From: Epiperipatus broadwayi
Lineage: Eukaryota; Animalia; Onychophora
Length of the DNA: 64,000 bases
Direction: 5' to 3'
NCBI GenBank assembly: GCA_028023455.1
Contig: JAQFVV010000006.1
Coordinates: forward strand, 15,872,001 to 15,936,000
In this document: in pieces, positions 1 to 12,769 of the stretch
Position numbering within the stretch: the first letter of the stretch is position 1
Layout of the letters: every line of letters begins with the position of its first letter
Position numbers and translations under genes: made by a program
The notes under the pieces: generated by a model
The model's database searches: none
Told to the model about the DNA's origin: nothing
Seen by the model: only the letters and a program-made list of their open reading frames with translations

Positions 1-1129
1 GCCAGACAGGATTCAGGGAAAATTGAATGTCTTGTTACTTAAAACTATGACCCTAATGTCAATGCAAACATCAAAATGTAATAATGCATAGCAATCAAAA
101 TGAGCTAAGTGGACATTAGATGAAAATATCCTATGAAAACTATTAAATCATTAAATAAAAGTTTATAATGTTGAACTATTAACTACTATTATCAATGTTA
201 AAATGTGAAAGGGTTAATAATTTTCATTTTATGACTTGAAGAACACACTTTGCATATAATCTTTTGGGCTTGGTAGATTTGCTTTAATCACTAGCTTTAT
301 TGACTGGAATACAACATTGTGTAATGATATTTCTGTCTGGGCAAAAGTCCCTATATAATATGACATTGTGTCATTAAATCAACTAAAAATTCAATTGAGC
401 ACAGTTTTGCATTAAATAATTCCATTTTAATATAGTGATTTTAAATTTTAGTTTTTGTCCCTAGATGGCAGAAGTACATAAAACATAAAAAAGCATTAAT
501 ATTGGGATGCCACCTCTAGAAATTTAGCAGATAATAATTATGGTACTCTATGAGGGAAAATATAAATATTCTTAGGAATGTCTGTAACTATTTTTTTTAC
601 TAATTTGATACAGAATATAATTATAAAAGTGAAATAAATGTACAATATTATGAATATTTTCTTTTTTACTGTATCTGGACTTACGAATTATTACTTTTTT
701 ATATTTTTCTAGTTAAACCATTTTACCTTTTTTGTATTAGTATTTTTGGTATAAAATTAGCTATTTAAAAAATAATATTTTATAATAAATATGCAAAGAA
801 AGTAATTTTATCACAAACTTTATTGAAACTGCATATATATATATATATATGTAAAATAAATAAATCATATATTTTATTTTTTACACGCTTATATATATAT
901 ATAATGGTAGTTGAGGCAGGTTTAAGAAATTAAGCGAAAGTACTTCTGCGGATTTAAGGATTGTTTGTAATAGTTTGTAAACCGTTAAATTTATTATTTC
1001 AATTATATTATATATATATATATTAATAATACTACAAATCATTATCTGTATTTCTTCAAAATAATATACATAAACTTATAATTAAATATTAGAAAATACA
1101 GTAATTACATTTTTTTTAAAAAGAACAAA

Positions 1130-2110
1130 AAATATAAACATCACTTAGTAGCACTTTTGACTATCCTCATAGTCTTTGACAACTAATACTTTGAAAGGTC
1201 AACCTTCCCATAATTCTGTGACCTTAATGTTTTCTGCCTGACTATTGACTAAGTCTTGCTTCTATTTATATATACATAGTTTCCTTGATTTTTCTTTTAA
1301 ATATTTCTTTCAGTTTGCAATATTATTATTATAATTGAAATCAAAACCATATATACATAATTTATTATGGTCATAAAAAACAAAAGCTGATAAATTATTA
1401 TCTTTAGAATTTTGTTTTGTATTCTGAACTCTTTTTAAAAACAAAAAGTGCTCTTTTGTTCTTTTCTCCAATGTGCATCTTGACCTACCTATATATCCAC
1501 TACCACATCTACACATCCACTTATAAATGATACAATTTTTATTTGTAAATAAGGTTTTATCTTTAGTGTTATTTATTAATTTATTTAATGTAGGTGATGC
1601 TTAAAATGCAATGTCACATATACCTTTATAAATTTTCCTTATGAAACTTTCCTGTTGATTCAAACCATATGGTATTGATATTCAAAATTTATTATCAGAA
1701 GAATTAACATCATTATTAATCTTATTTTTATTTTTATATTTATAGTTCAAATTAAAATTTTTAATAGTATAATAAATATGATTATAATTATATCCAACAT
1801 TTAACATTTCTAAATAAAAAGGACTTCAAACCTGCCATTTTATGTGACATTGGTACTCTTGATTTATATGGAATGTAGCCTTTTCTTGCTATTGGTTTAA
1901 TAGTCATATAGTAATCCAGTTTATCTCTGTTTCTAGTTATCTTAAGATCTAGAAATTGAACACACATTAAATTTTCATCTGTTTTAATCCATTTTAAGCC
2001 TTTTATATTATTTAATTCATCAAACAAATCTTTAATAGTATTTGGCTTTCCACACACAAACACATCATGATACTAGCTTTAACTTAACCTATCTGACATG
2101 GTTTTAAAAA
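1130..2110 (-). mobile_element. Penelope-like element remnant (RT C-terminus + GIY-YIG endonuclease), disrupted
   Basis: ORF 1788-2063 has the PLE RT C-terminal motif VQFLDLKITR...GYIPYKSRVPMSHK, preceded by a degenerate catalytic-like YHDVFV. ORF 1310-1516 continues IIYKWMCRCGSGYIGRSRCTLEKRTKEH (GIY-YIG). Stops lie between the two. Confidence 0.85.
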
Positions 2111-3976
2111 GGAAAGTTGTATTTGTAGAAGTCCTTGGATTTGTGGAGTTAAAAGATATGATATTTATGGCTTGTTATGTTTTGTATTTGTTCATTGTAA
2201 AATAATATTTGCTTTTCTTATTAAGAAATGTCTTATAGCCATTTATCCACATCATCCACCATGAACCAGAAATCTAAACAATTATAAGAGTATCACAAAT
2301 TATTTTAAGTGTTTGTCATAAGAGTACATGAACATTGAAACTGATAAAATCCACTTTACAGAATTATATTTAAGTATGAGAATTACATGTCAGAAAAATG
2401 TATTTTGCTTTAAAAAATTTATAATTGCATATTGTTATTTGAAATCACTTCAACCAGTTTAGTTTACTTATGAAAAGATTAGTCCTTATTTATTCTAAAA
2501 CGGTTTTCATAAATATGAAAGAAACATATTTACTATTCTATGATAAATTTAAAATTAATAGAGGACTTTAATCAAATCTGGAAAATATTTAAGTAGATTT
2601 ATCCTATAATATTTAGAATGGCTATAAAATTCCTTACCCATTCTTGATATCCAAATGTCATCCTAGGTGATTGTTATTTAACTTATTCCAGATTGAGAAA
2701 TCATGTTGTATTTTATTTAAAATTAATAATAATTATTGTAATTGTGATAAGACATTGGCTTAGGGGTGAGTGTATGTCTTATTTACTTACTAGGATATTA
2801 GACTATGTAGACTAGATTTGAATAACCAAAGAAAATATATTTGATAACTAAATAATCATATTTTCCTGAAATACCTTATTTATTTCACAAACCATATTTA
2901 AAATTATTTTACTAATGAAGAAACTTGTTTCAAAATATGAACCTTTGCGGCAGAGATTTAAGATCACACTTCCAAATTTTATAAAATTAGAAATAATGTT
3001 TTATCTGATCATAGCAATAAGATACTTCAAAGATGCATAAGAGATGGATAAGGAGGATGGTATTGGTAGTAAATGCTTCTAAAATATAGTATTTTTAAAT
3101 GTAACATCAATGGCATATGCTTGCAGTACCAAGAGTCTTGTATTTGTGTTAGAGTGAGTTGAGACTTCTCCTCTTAGGTTATTAAAAAAATTGCTTAATA
3201 TTTTAGTGATATTTTATTCTAATTGCTTATCTCCTTATCTCTTCCTATTCTGGCATATGGCATTTTTACCTTGAACTTGCTCAGCATAATTAACATCATT
3301 TGTTTTAAAGGATACAAATTTGTTTTGCCCAACATGTTGGCCTATGATTGGCTGGAAGTACCAATAGATTTTCCCAGAAAAGCATTTGGAGATATATATT
3401 ATATTTTATTAATAATCAAAGATTTATAATTTTATATATACCTCATTTGACCATTGGTAAGGATATTATATATATATATATATATATAGCAAGGATTTCC
3501 ATTCTTGCTATTAAAAGGTGTGAAGGTTGCCTTGACAGCAGTTAGAAATATTGGTTGCTATATTTACTGTGAATGTTGAGGTGGTTACTGGTTGGAAACT
3601 AATTATATATATATATATATGCTTTATTTGCATTCATCTCCTTCTAGAGGGCACAATATATAAACAAATTTAAAGATTGAGAAATAAATAGATAATCAGC
3701 TGATATAGAAATATGCAGTTCTGGAAAAACATGTAGTATCTGGTTTGTTTGTTTTTTGTCTGTGTGACTTCAATTGGTAATGAATACCTGTGCTTAATTT
3801 ATATATTATTATTGTTAATAAAAAAAAAAAAAAAACTCATATATAATGTGACATTACTTTTATAAACTTGTATTTACAAAACTGTAATACAGAGATCGTA
3901 CCAATAGCTCAAACAAGCTCTTAATAGTATGAGAAAAATATTAAAAATCTCTATCCAGAACCTTCCCATTTCCGGA

Positions 3977-4012
3977 CCAACTGGTTTAGAGCTTATGGCT
4001 CACGTCAGTGAA
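3977..4012 (-). ncRNA. Degenerate hammerhead-like motif related to family A
   Basis: Minus strand reads CUUCA CUGACGU GAGC-CAUAA-GCUC UAAA C CA GUU. It has the same stem II loop as family A but A9U and G12U core changes and no stem I. Confidence 0.35.
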
Positions 4013-5049
4013 GAGCTAGAATATTCTGACACTAGATTTAAAATATCAACTCAAAACCCAGCACTTATTTCATACGTTATATTTAAGTGGAAGCTCTGAG
4101 ATTTTCGGACATGTAAATGTCTTTAAATCCAGCTATCTAACTTAAATAGCTATATGGGACTGATTATTTACTGTTTTTATAATTTAATATAGATACATAA
4201 TATTTAAAAATAGTATTCTAACTCTTTATTTCACTCATGCTTAACTTATTTATTAATGTTATCATGTTCCCAACAAATTATTATGCAGTATTCATAAGAT
4301 AACTCTCCCAATGGTCTTCTAATTTTTTTCAATACAATTCATTTCAAATTTACTCTAATTTTTCATTTGACAACTCTTCAGTAATAGTATAACTTAGCAA
4401 AAACAATTCATTCTCACTATTTATCTTTATTAAAAATTATTATTGGAAAGAATATTTATATTATTATCTATCTCCACCCATTTAAATCAAAATTACAATC
4501 TTTTTATTATCAAAGCTCTCTCTCTCTTTTTTTTTTCTTTAATAAACTTTAAGCTTTTCCCATCTCAGATAGTACACATTCAGATATAGATGCTGCTTTT
4601 AAATTCTGCCAGGTCATCTTAGTCATTTCACTATCTCAATTATTCTAGAAGCTTATACTTAGAAGTACATTACAATCTCCTACCCCAGAGGCTTTGAAAT
4701 TAAATGTATATTTGTAATGATGACCATGCACCACCAACTAAGTGGTAATACCTGTTCCTAAGTGATGGTGGTTAAAAAATGGAGTACATTTTTAAAATTT
4801 GTTTTAGCATTTCATAACATTAAATTTTTATAAGATCTGATAATTATATATACATGAATAACAAAGCCATTACATCATTTAAATGTTTTTTACCATGCAC
4901 AAAAGTGGTGTCACAAGACCAACAAAATATCACATGATCTTCACTCACACATTATTATTCATTAATTATATAATTGTCTTTTTCTCATTGTATAACATGA
5001 GATTCACGTATACATTGCTATTCATTAATAAATTGTCTATTTTTTACTA

Positions 5050-5700
5050 TTTTAATGACATCTAATACAAGCTTTAGGAATCAAGAGATGTCAGATGCTG
5101 CCTAATAAAGTCTTATCCAGCACTGCCATATCCAAATAAAGGAACTTAATATGATAAAAAATCTAAGATTATCATAATAGATGGAAACTAAAGTGTTTTC
5201 AATTCTATATAACTATGTAGAGAAATACACTTGACTGGGAAAAAAATAATATTTTTTTTTAGTTTGAGCTGGTAGCTTGATAATATAACAAAAAATGGAA
5301 ATGACTGTTAGAGGAAAGACGAATTAGATCCTAGTTCAAAAATATCCTAAAAAATTTCCTCACTGATGAAAGCCATAAGCTAGAAACTAGTTTAACAATA
5401 TTTGGATAGGACAGTGTGGAATAAGGATTTATTAAGGAATACTATATGACATCTATTAATTATTAAATCTTACACTAGATGGCTTTATAACAGAAAATAA
5501 AAATGACTGCTAGAGGAAAGATGAATTAGATCCTAGTTCAAAAATATCCTAAAAAATTTCCTCACTGATGAAAGCCATAAGCTAGAAACTAGTTTAACGA
5601 TATTTGGATAGGACAGCATGGAATAAGGATTTATTAAGCAATACCATGTGACATCTACTAATTATTAAATCTTACACTAGATGGCATTAAAGTAATGAGA
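5050..5700. mobile_element. HHR family A (subfamily A2) fold-back element with two tandem ~202-bp units
   Basis: Direct repeats at ~5285-5483 and ~5487-5690 each contain cctcaCTGATGAaagccataagctaGAAActagtt (cores at 5363 and 5565). 5050-5148 is an inverted copy of the unit's 3' end. Confidence 0.8.
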
Positions 5701-5964
5701 ATAGAAGAATTACTAAAAGTGATATGTTTTTTTTTTCAGCATGACTGGAAGTTTCTTATAAAACAACAGTAAAAAAGATAGCTTTTTTTAAAAATATGTA
5801 TATAAGTAAACGTTAAAACAGTTTTTAAATAGCTCACTTCATTTCAAAAATTTTCTCACTCTTATTGAAGAAGAGAGAGAGAAAAGACCTATATTAGGAT
5901 TGCCAACTTTCAGATAGTTAGGATTGTTCTAGCATTAGTTAGGACTTGGTAGATATTCATTTAA

Positions 5965-6511
5965 CCTGAAGGTAAAACTCTCCATACAATAGGACACTCA
6001 GTGCAAGCCAGAGTAATCAATAGATGCTAGAAGGTTTGAGCCTAAAATCCCCATCTAGTGCCTACTCTTCCAATACCCTCAGACTAGTTTCTAGCTTATG
6101 GCTTTCATCAGTGAGCAACCTTGGATCTGAGAGCACTGCACCTAGATCTTAGGATCTAATGCAATCCTCCAGCAGCCACCTTTTATCTTTTTAGTTAACT
6201 ATAAAGCTTTGAGTCCAAAATGAAAAAAACAATAATGTTTTCAATTCAATCTCATTTGCTTCTATAGTCATATAGGTCTGAACTAGTTCAGCATCTATAT
6301 ATTTTGGTGATTTTTTAATAACCACAGTCACTATAATCCTATTGACAGGAAGAGTAGGCATTAGATAGGGATTTTATGCACAAATCTTCTAACATCCTAT
6401 TGATTACTCTGGTTTCCACTGAATGGTGCTTATGCATGGAAAGTCTTGCCTCTGTGTTATCAGAGTGTGTAAACATAAAGAATGGTGATCATATGATGTT
6501 TTGTGGTTAAA
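5965..6511. mobile_element. HHR family A fold-back element with one-sided tail and 15-bp TSD
   Basis: 5975-6070 and 6347-6450 are inverted copies. Tail gtgtaaacataaagaatggtgatcatatgatgtttt lies on the right only. Flanks are tagatattcatttaa (5950-5964) and tagatattcctttaa (6512-6526). Confidence 0.85.
6078..6115 (-). ncRNA. Minimal type I hammerhead ribozyme (family A), intact core
   Basis: Minus strand: CUCA-CUGAUGA-A AGC CAUAA GCU A-GAAA-C UA G-UC-UGAG. Stem I is CUCA/UGAG, stem II is AGC/GCU, stem III is 2 bp around palindromic CUAG, and the cleavage triplet is GUC. Confidence 0.85.
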
Positions 6512-6649
6512 TAGATATTCCTTTAAAGCATATACAATCAATGTCTGGATTTTTTTAAACCAACAAAGATTTTTATTTGATATCAAATTTAAATCACAAA
6601 ATAGATGAAAATGAGTCCACTTCAACTTATGTTAAATTCTTAAATCTAC

Positions 6650-6920
6650 CCTGCACAGTTTGGGTAGTTGATACAGTGACTTGGAACCAGGAGGTCCCAG
6701 GATCAATTTTGGCACTTGCAGTTCTGGTGCTCAACTTATGAACTCCCAAACAATGGAGCCATATGTTTTTTACCCTGTGCAGTTTGATGTAGTTGGTAAA
6801 GCATCTGACATGAATCCGACATGAAATCAGAAAGTCCCAGGATTGATTCTGCCACTCGCAGATTTGCCACTCAAACTTCTTATAAACTCCTGAGCAATGA
6901 AGCCATTTGTCTTTTTTCCC
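6650..6920 (+). mobile_element. Two tandem degenerate tRNA-derived SINE-like units
   Basis: Two ~125-140 bp similar units (ccctgcacagtttg...gtcccagga...aaactcc...caatg.agccat.tgt) with A-box-like tagttggtaaagc and a decayed B-box. Confidence 0.5.
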
Positions 6921-6983
6921 TTAAAAATCTACCTATACAATAAACTATGGTAATAACATAAATCACCTTAGACATTTATTCTG

Positions 6984-7188
6984 TTATTAAAACAGGCAAA
7001 ACTCTCCATACAGTAGCACCACTCAGTGCAAGCCAGAGTAATCAATGGATGCCAGAAGGCTTGTGCATAAAATCCCCATCTAGTGCTTACTCATCCAATA
7101 TTCCCAGACTAATTTCTGGCTTGTAGCCTTCATCAGTGAGGAGCCTCGGATCTGAGAGCACTGCAACTAGAAATGGTGTTCATGTGAT
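6984..7188 (-). mobile_element. HHR family A element, short form with tail and 13-bp TSD
   Basis: Starts ...caggcaaaactctccatacagtagcacc and ends with tail aatggtgttcatgtgat. Flanks are gacatttattctg (6971-6983) and gacatttactctg (7189-7201). Confidence 0.85.
7103..7140 (-). ncRNA. Minimal type I hammerhead ribozyme (family A), intact core
   Basis: Minus strand: CUCA-CUGAUGA-A GGC UACAA GCC A-GAAA-U UA G-UC-UGGG. Stem II GGC/GCC is a compensatory version of AGC/GCU in the 6078 copy. Confidence 0.8.
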
Positions 7189-8029
7189 GACATTTACTCT
7201 GATCAGTTTAAATTTAAATATACAAGGAAAGCAGACAACCGACAAACACTCAGCTGATTTACATTTGGCTCTTATTGTTATAGGTTTTCTAAATGTTTAC
7301 TTACAAAATTAAGTGAAGTGAATTTCATCTTTTCATCTGTTTTGTAGCTTAACTTGCTACCAGTTGGTTAAAAAATGTTGTGCTGGATTGTAAAACACGA
7401 ATGTTGACTGGTGTTTGCTTTATATGTAATTCACTAAAGATCAGAACTTGGAATAGTAAACTGGTGTGATTGTGGGTTGGCTACCTAAAAAAATAAGATT
7501 ATTTGAAGAGAACAGTCATTTTAGGGTTTACCTGATTTGGATTTAGCCTTGGAGATAGATGTTATTCTTTATTTACGATTTCCTAACTATGCAATGAATT
7601 TTTTTAGCAATGTTCTTCATGCATTTAACACAAATCCTTTTTGAAAGTCCAGTAAGTAAATTTGATTTAAGGTTTACTAAAAATTTTACTTCTTCATATT
7701 TGTCTGACAGTTTCAACTGTCTAGTTATCTTCTTCAAGACTATATCTTCATTTTCTATCTCTATTTTTTATGTAAATAAAGTAAAATATATATAATTCTA
7801 ATGACATCTGCTAGACAATTGAAACAGGATTATTGGATAGAAGGATTGTGAAAAGGAAATATTTTTAGAAGTTTATTTAATATAAGCAGTACAAAAAGAA
7901 TGAAAGATGATGAAGTTTATAATGTTTACTGAAGAGTATGTTATTTTACTAATTGTGCAAATACTTACATCATGTTTTCTATATTTTAGGTAACTAATGT
8001 CATTATCAATTTCAACCACTACTGATCCA

Positions 8030-8285
8030 CTATAGCATGAAGATCTTGCAAAGTTCAATCCATCTTCTTCAATCTCTAGTTTCTCTTTTCCACATCATCC
8101 CAACACATTTGCTTATTTCATCCACCCATCTCACATGTTGCCTTTTTCTAGATCTTCCACAATCTCTTGGAATCCAGTTTAAGATTTCAATTGTTCATCT
8201 ATTATTATCTTTTCTAGGAATATGTCCAGCCCAACTCCAATCTTTTAATTCTTCAGTGATGTCACTAACCTGTTTCTTTTAGTTA
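8030..8285 (-). mobile_element. RTE-clade LINE 3' fragment
   Basis: Minus-strand translation ...LKDWSWAGHIPRKDNNR*TIEILNWIPRDCGRSRKRQHVRWVDEI..., the typical RTE ORF C-terminus. Similar to 31440-31830 and 51420-51750. Confidence 0.8.
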
Positions 8286-8450
8286 CCTGTAACTATATTT
8301 ATAATTATATTGGTGGTGTTAGTTACTAAAATATAACAGGATTTAATTTACTTGGTATTCATTATGTAATCAAGTTATGCTAATTATGATTGCTGCATTG
8401 TAATCATTACCCATGAAGATAATATCCATAATGGAACTAACCATCTATGA

Positions 8451-8888
8451 TAGGGATGCCCAACCTTTAATTTGACATGAGCCAGTTGAGAATTTAAAAA
8501 AAATTGGGGAACCACAATTATATATTGCATTTTTCATATTACATTTATAAACATAATTCACAAACTTAAAAAAAACTGGTGTAATATGTTAAAAAGAAAA
8601 AAAAAATGTAAATACATTTTATTTATATTTATTTATTAAAAATTTGGTAACATACATATAAATTACAATTACAGGAAAAGTATATTTTAATTATTTTATT
8701 TAATGTGAAATCTGACACTGCATATCGTTATAGTTTGTATTGTAAAAATGTTTATTTTTTAGTGTGTGCATGTGGCGTCAAGAAACATAAAGTATTTTAT
8801 CAATTTTTCTTGAAGAATGCAATGCGAGCCACATTAAACGATTGTGCGAGCCACATGTGACTCACGAGCTACGGGTTGGGCATCCCTG
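8451..8888. mobile_element. hAT-family MITE with 15-bp TIRs and 8-bp TSD
   Basis: TIRs are tagggatgcccaacc and ggttgggcatccctg. Identical flanking atctatga at 8443-8450 and 8889-8896. Confidence 0.9.
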
Positions 8889-9339
8889 ATCTATGATGAC
8901 AATTCTTAGTCTGTTGCTCTTATTTAAATACAGAGAATAGACCACAGTGAGCAATATATTTTACTATTATTGGTTGAGAATATGATTGATTACAGGAATG
9001 ATTGGAAAAGTGAGTTTAAATTTTGTAGTTTGAGTTCTGTGATTGTCTAGAAACCATTTGTTTAAATCTATATTACATCACATTTTTTATGGCAATTATT
9101 TTACAAAATTTCTTCAAGAATGAATTGATAAAAAACAATTATCTGATATCTTGTATAACAATCAATGCTTGATAGGATTGAATTGCCTCATTGATTTTTG
9201 TTGGTAAAGATTACCAACAACTGTGAAACCACATTAAAAAATGATATAAGAAATAGAGAATAAATGTAAACCTAATTATAAATGAAACATGCAAAAAATA
9301 ATAATTTATTAAACAATGTTAGGGTAATCTTTTCATCAG

Positions 9340-9780
9340 TTCATAACACTCTATCACATCTTCTAATTTCCAAATACCATGCCTCTCCATTCATAAATCT
9401 TCCTACAAATATCGTAAATCTTCCTGCAAATATCTGTTTCTAATTTCTCTCTTTCTTTTTTCCAACTCTTTTTAAACATTCTATTTTTCTTTTTTTCTGG
9501 AGGTATACAGTTTATATTTGTTATTGATAATCTTGCCTGTGACATTATCTATACATAACCATACTATTCCAATTGTCTTGTTCTGATATCATATACTATA
9601 GTGTTTTCAATATTCATTATTTCTTGACATTCTTTATTGCTTATGCACTCATTCCTCTTCCTGAAGACATAAACCAATAATTTATTTCTGTAGTCATCAA
9701 TTCCCTTTCCATTCCCTTGTCGACTATCAAATATCACTTCCATAGGTAATTATACTTTTCAGCTTCTATGCCATATATCA
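9340..9780 (-). mobile_element. RTE-like LINE 3' fragment, degraded
   Basis: Minus-strand fragments YGIEAE...IRTRQLE*YGYV*IMSQARL...PPEKKKNRMFKKSW resemble the LxWxGHVxRM...RGRPxxxW C-terminus. Confidence 0.6.
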
Positions 9781-11615
9781 TCATTATTTATTGACTTCAT
9801 ATATTCAGAATCCACTATATCTTATTTAATATCGCAATGGCTTTTCTATTCAGTATATTACTTTATCTTATAGTTTTATTAATAAAAATAAATTAATAAT
9901 CGAATGCCTTTATTGATCAGGACTTTGTAAGAAATTCGGGTACCGATAGTTCCCAAACTGGAATAGATCCAAAGATCGTAAATTCCAGAATTTGACACCC
10001 TATCACTTCATAAAATTACACACAGTAGGTGCGTTAATTAATTAATTTTATAATTATATCTTATATAATTTACACAGAAGTACTGAAAATCCCAGCGAGC
10101 TATATACAAACTAACCGTCAATAAACGTAAGTTAAGAGTGAACCATCTATACACTTTAGCTTGGATCGTATAAAATCATCTCATTTATTGGTGTATTATC
10201 ATGCGGAGCGTAATTTATATGCACCAACGTAATTTCAAGTCAACTATAGGCTATATATACAATTAATAATTGCGAACCTCTGTTAAAGTTTTCCGTAGGC
10301 CTAATTTTTTGTCTAATGCTGTCCCTGATGCTTAATCATAGAGCCAAGAGACTCTCTCAAATCTTAAAACCTGCTTTCCAGCAGTTAATATACATTACTG
10401 AATATTTTAAACTTTGAAATTCCTTTGTCTAAGACATTTTGACTTTTTTCCATATCTAATTTGTTAAAAATAAAACTCTTTTAAATTCAAGAGATTGATA
10501 GACAAGTATAGATGAATAGATAAAACGAATGATTAATTTATACAATGCCAATAGTTATTATTTATTTAATTTATGAAACCAGTATTTATTTGAGTTACAA
10601 TAGCTCTGAGGGAAGAAAAAAAACACTTCATCCATTTACTATCAACAGTTAACATGTTTTGCTGTAAAATGTAATAAAAATGAATATAAGGGATTATATC
10701 AAATTACATTTTATATTCAGGGAAATTATCGCAACTTCTGTTTTAAAGGATGTTTTTACAAATTAGGTTGTGTTAGGGAAGATATCAAAAGTATTTTTTT
10801 TTTAATAATAAAAGGTAATAGAAATAGAAAAGTATAATATTTTATTGCTACTTAAGATAATCTACGTAAATCAATAATACATCATCATCATCACTACTTA
10901 CATGCCAAAGAATAACTGCAAATCATCTATATAAACACAGTATATACCATCATTAGCAGATCTAGTTATATCTAAAATGGCAGTTCCTGCATATCGATTT
11001 CACAGTCTTTCTTAAGCTTTTCTTTCTTTTAGACATTCATAGTCACTTCGTTTATTCAGAACATTCCTTTTATCATCATTAGTATAGATAAGTGGAATGT
11101 CCTTTAGCCTAGGTGTTTAAGATACTTCTCTATGAATAAAAAAGATACAGATATAAAGACATTATTTATTTATTTTTTTACCAAAAGGGTCACATACTGT
11201 AGCTAGAATGAATTTAATTGTCCATACTAGTAATGATATTAGGAGTTAATCCTAACACATTAAATATAATAATAGATATTGTATATATAGAATAATTTTT
11301 TATACCAATGATTAATTCATAGATCTGAGGGCTAAAGATAAATAATAAACAGTGTTGGACTAAGGGTGCTTTTTGCTGCCTTATAGAATAAGATGGTTCG
11401 TCAAAAATTATATTCTATTTCTAATTCAACAGATTTTTGTCTCTTCTTTTTTTTTCTTAGTTTCATCAGTCACATAGAGTCCAGTCATTACAAATTTCGC
11501 ACATTATCTGTTATCATCTGATATTAATTGTGATAGAGGCATATGTATTGTGTAAGAACATCTCCATTCTGTAACTACACAGATAGCAATTCTACCTCAA
11601 TTCATTTTTTATTTG

Positions 11616-11845
<230 letters not shown>

Positions 11846-11889
11846 TAGTTGGAATGGCTATACTCATTTGTATAAGCTACTAATGATAA

Positions 11890-12190
11890 TAATTGTCTGT
11901 CAGAGATGGAACTAAGAAAGATGTCTGTGTTGAATGCTTTATTTAGAGTGTGGCTATATGTAGCAGAAACTTGGATAATTAGAAAAGGGATATGAAAGGA
12001 TCGGAGACTTTTGATTTGTTGTACGTTTTTCAAAAAAATGTGAAATATAAGTTGAAAGAATGGTATTTGTGATAGTGTAAGACTGAAGAAAATAAAAAAA
12101 AATGGAAGTAGATTATTAGCTGAATAAATTTTAAAGCAGAAGAGAAATTAAACTAAGTATATAATCAAGACAGAGGAATTATGAAGAACA
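11890..12190 (+). mobile_element. Degraded LINE (RTE/CR1-like) C-terminal fragment
   Basis: Frame reads LNALFRVWLYVAETWIIRK..., resembling the LLYGAETW motif downstream of LINE RT. Confidence 0.5.
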
Positions 12191-12310
12191 TGTTAAAGCA
12201 GCGATGGTCAACATTTTTCAGTCTATGTGCTAATTTTTTAACACATAGTTCAAAAATGCTGTATCTCTTTTGCAACATAATTCATTTTTTGTTTAAATTA
12301 TGTTAATATA

Positions 12311-12428
12311 GTCAAGCGTTGTTAGCCGAGAGGTCAGCGCAGCTGCCTTGCAAGCAAGCAGTTGGTTGCAGATAGTCATTGCAGGTTCGCCTCCTGACCG
12401 ATGCTATGACATATGAGAAGAAAAAAAT
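12311..12428 (+). mobile_element. Short tRNA-derived SINE, copy 1
   Basis: A-box tagccgagagg, B-box ggttcgcctcc, 3' tatgacatatg plus an A-rich tail. TSD is aaattatgttaatatag. Confidence 0.8.
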
Positions 12429-12769
12429 TATGTTAATATAGGTTAAAAAAAAATTCATAACATAACAATGTTCTACTGAAAAAAATTGAAAATTTACATC
12501 TTGCTTTCTTTAATGAGAATTCTGGGATTGTTTTGCTTTTAGACTTGCAATGTTTAAAGTTAAATTTGTTTTTGAAAGCAATGGGGCATTTTTAATTCTG
12601 AAAAAGTCAGTTTTCAACCTCAATTTGCTTTTCATCAACTTCGTAGATGAAAGTAGGGTTCATTAAAAATTTCAAGGTCTACAATGGACAAACAAAGCCC
12701 AATTTGTTTTAAGAACATCAATTACAAAATGAAAGTTAACAATTATTACTTTTTCTTTCACTATTGCTA

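Noticed and set aside
12197-12720. hAT-like left end (cagcgatggtcaac) hosting SINE copy 1
   Set aside because: No matching right TIR or 8-bp TSD was found.
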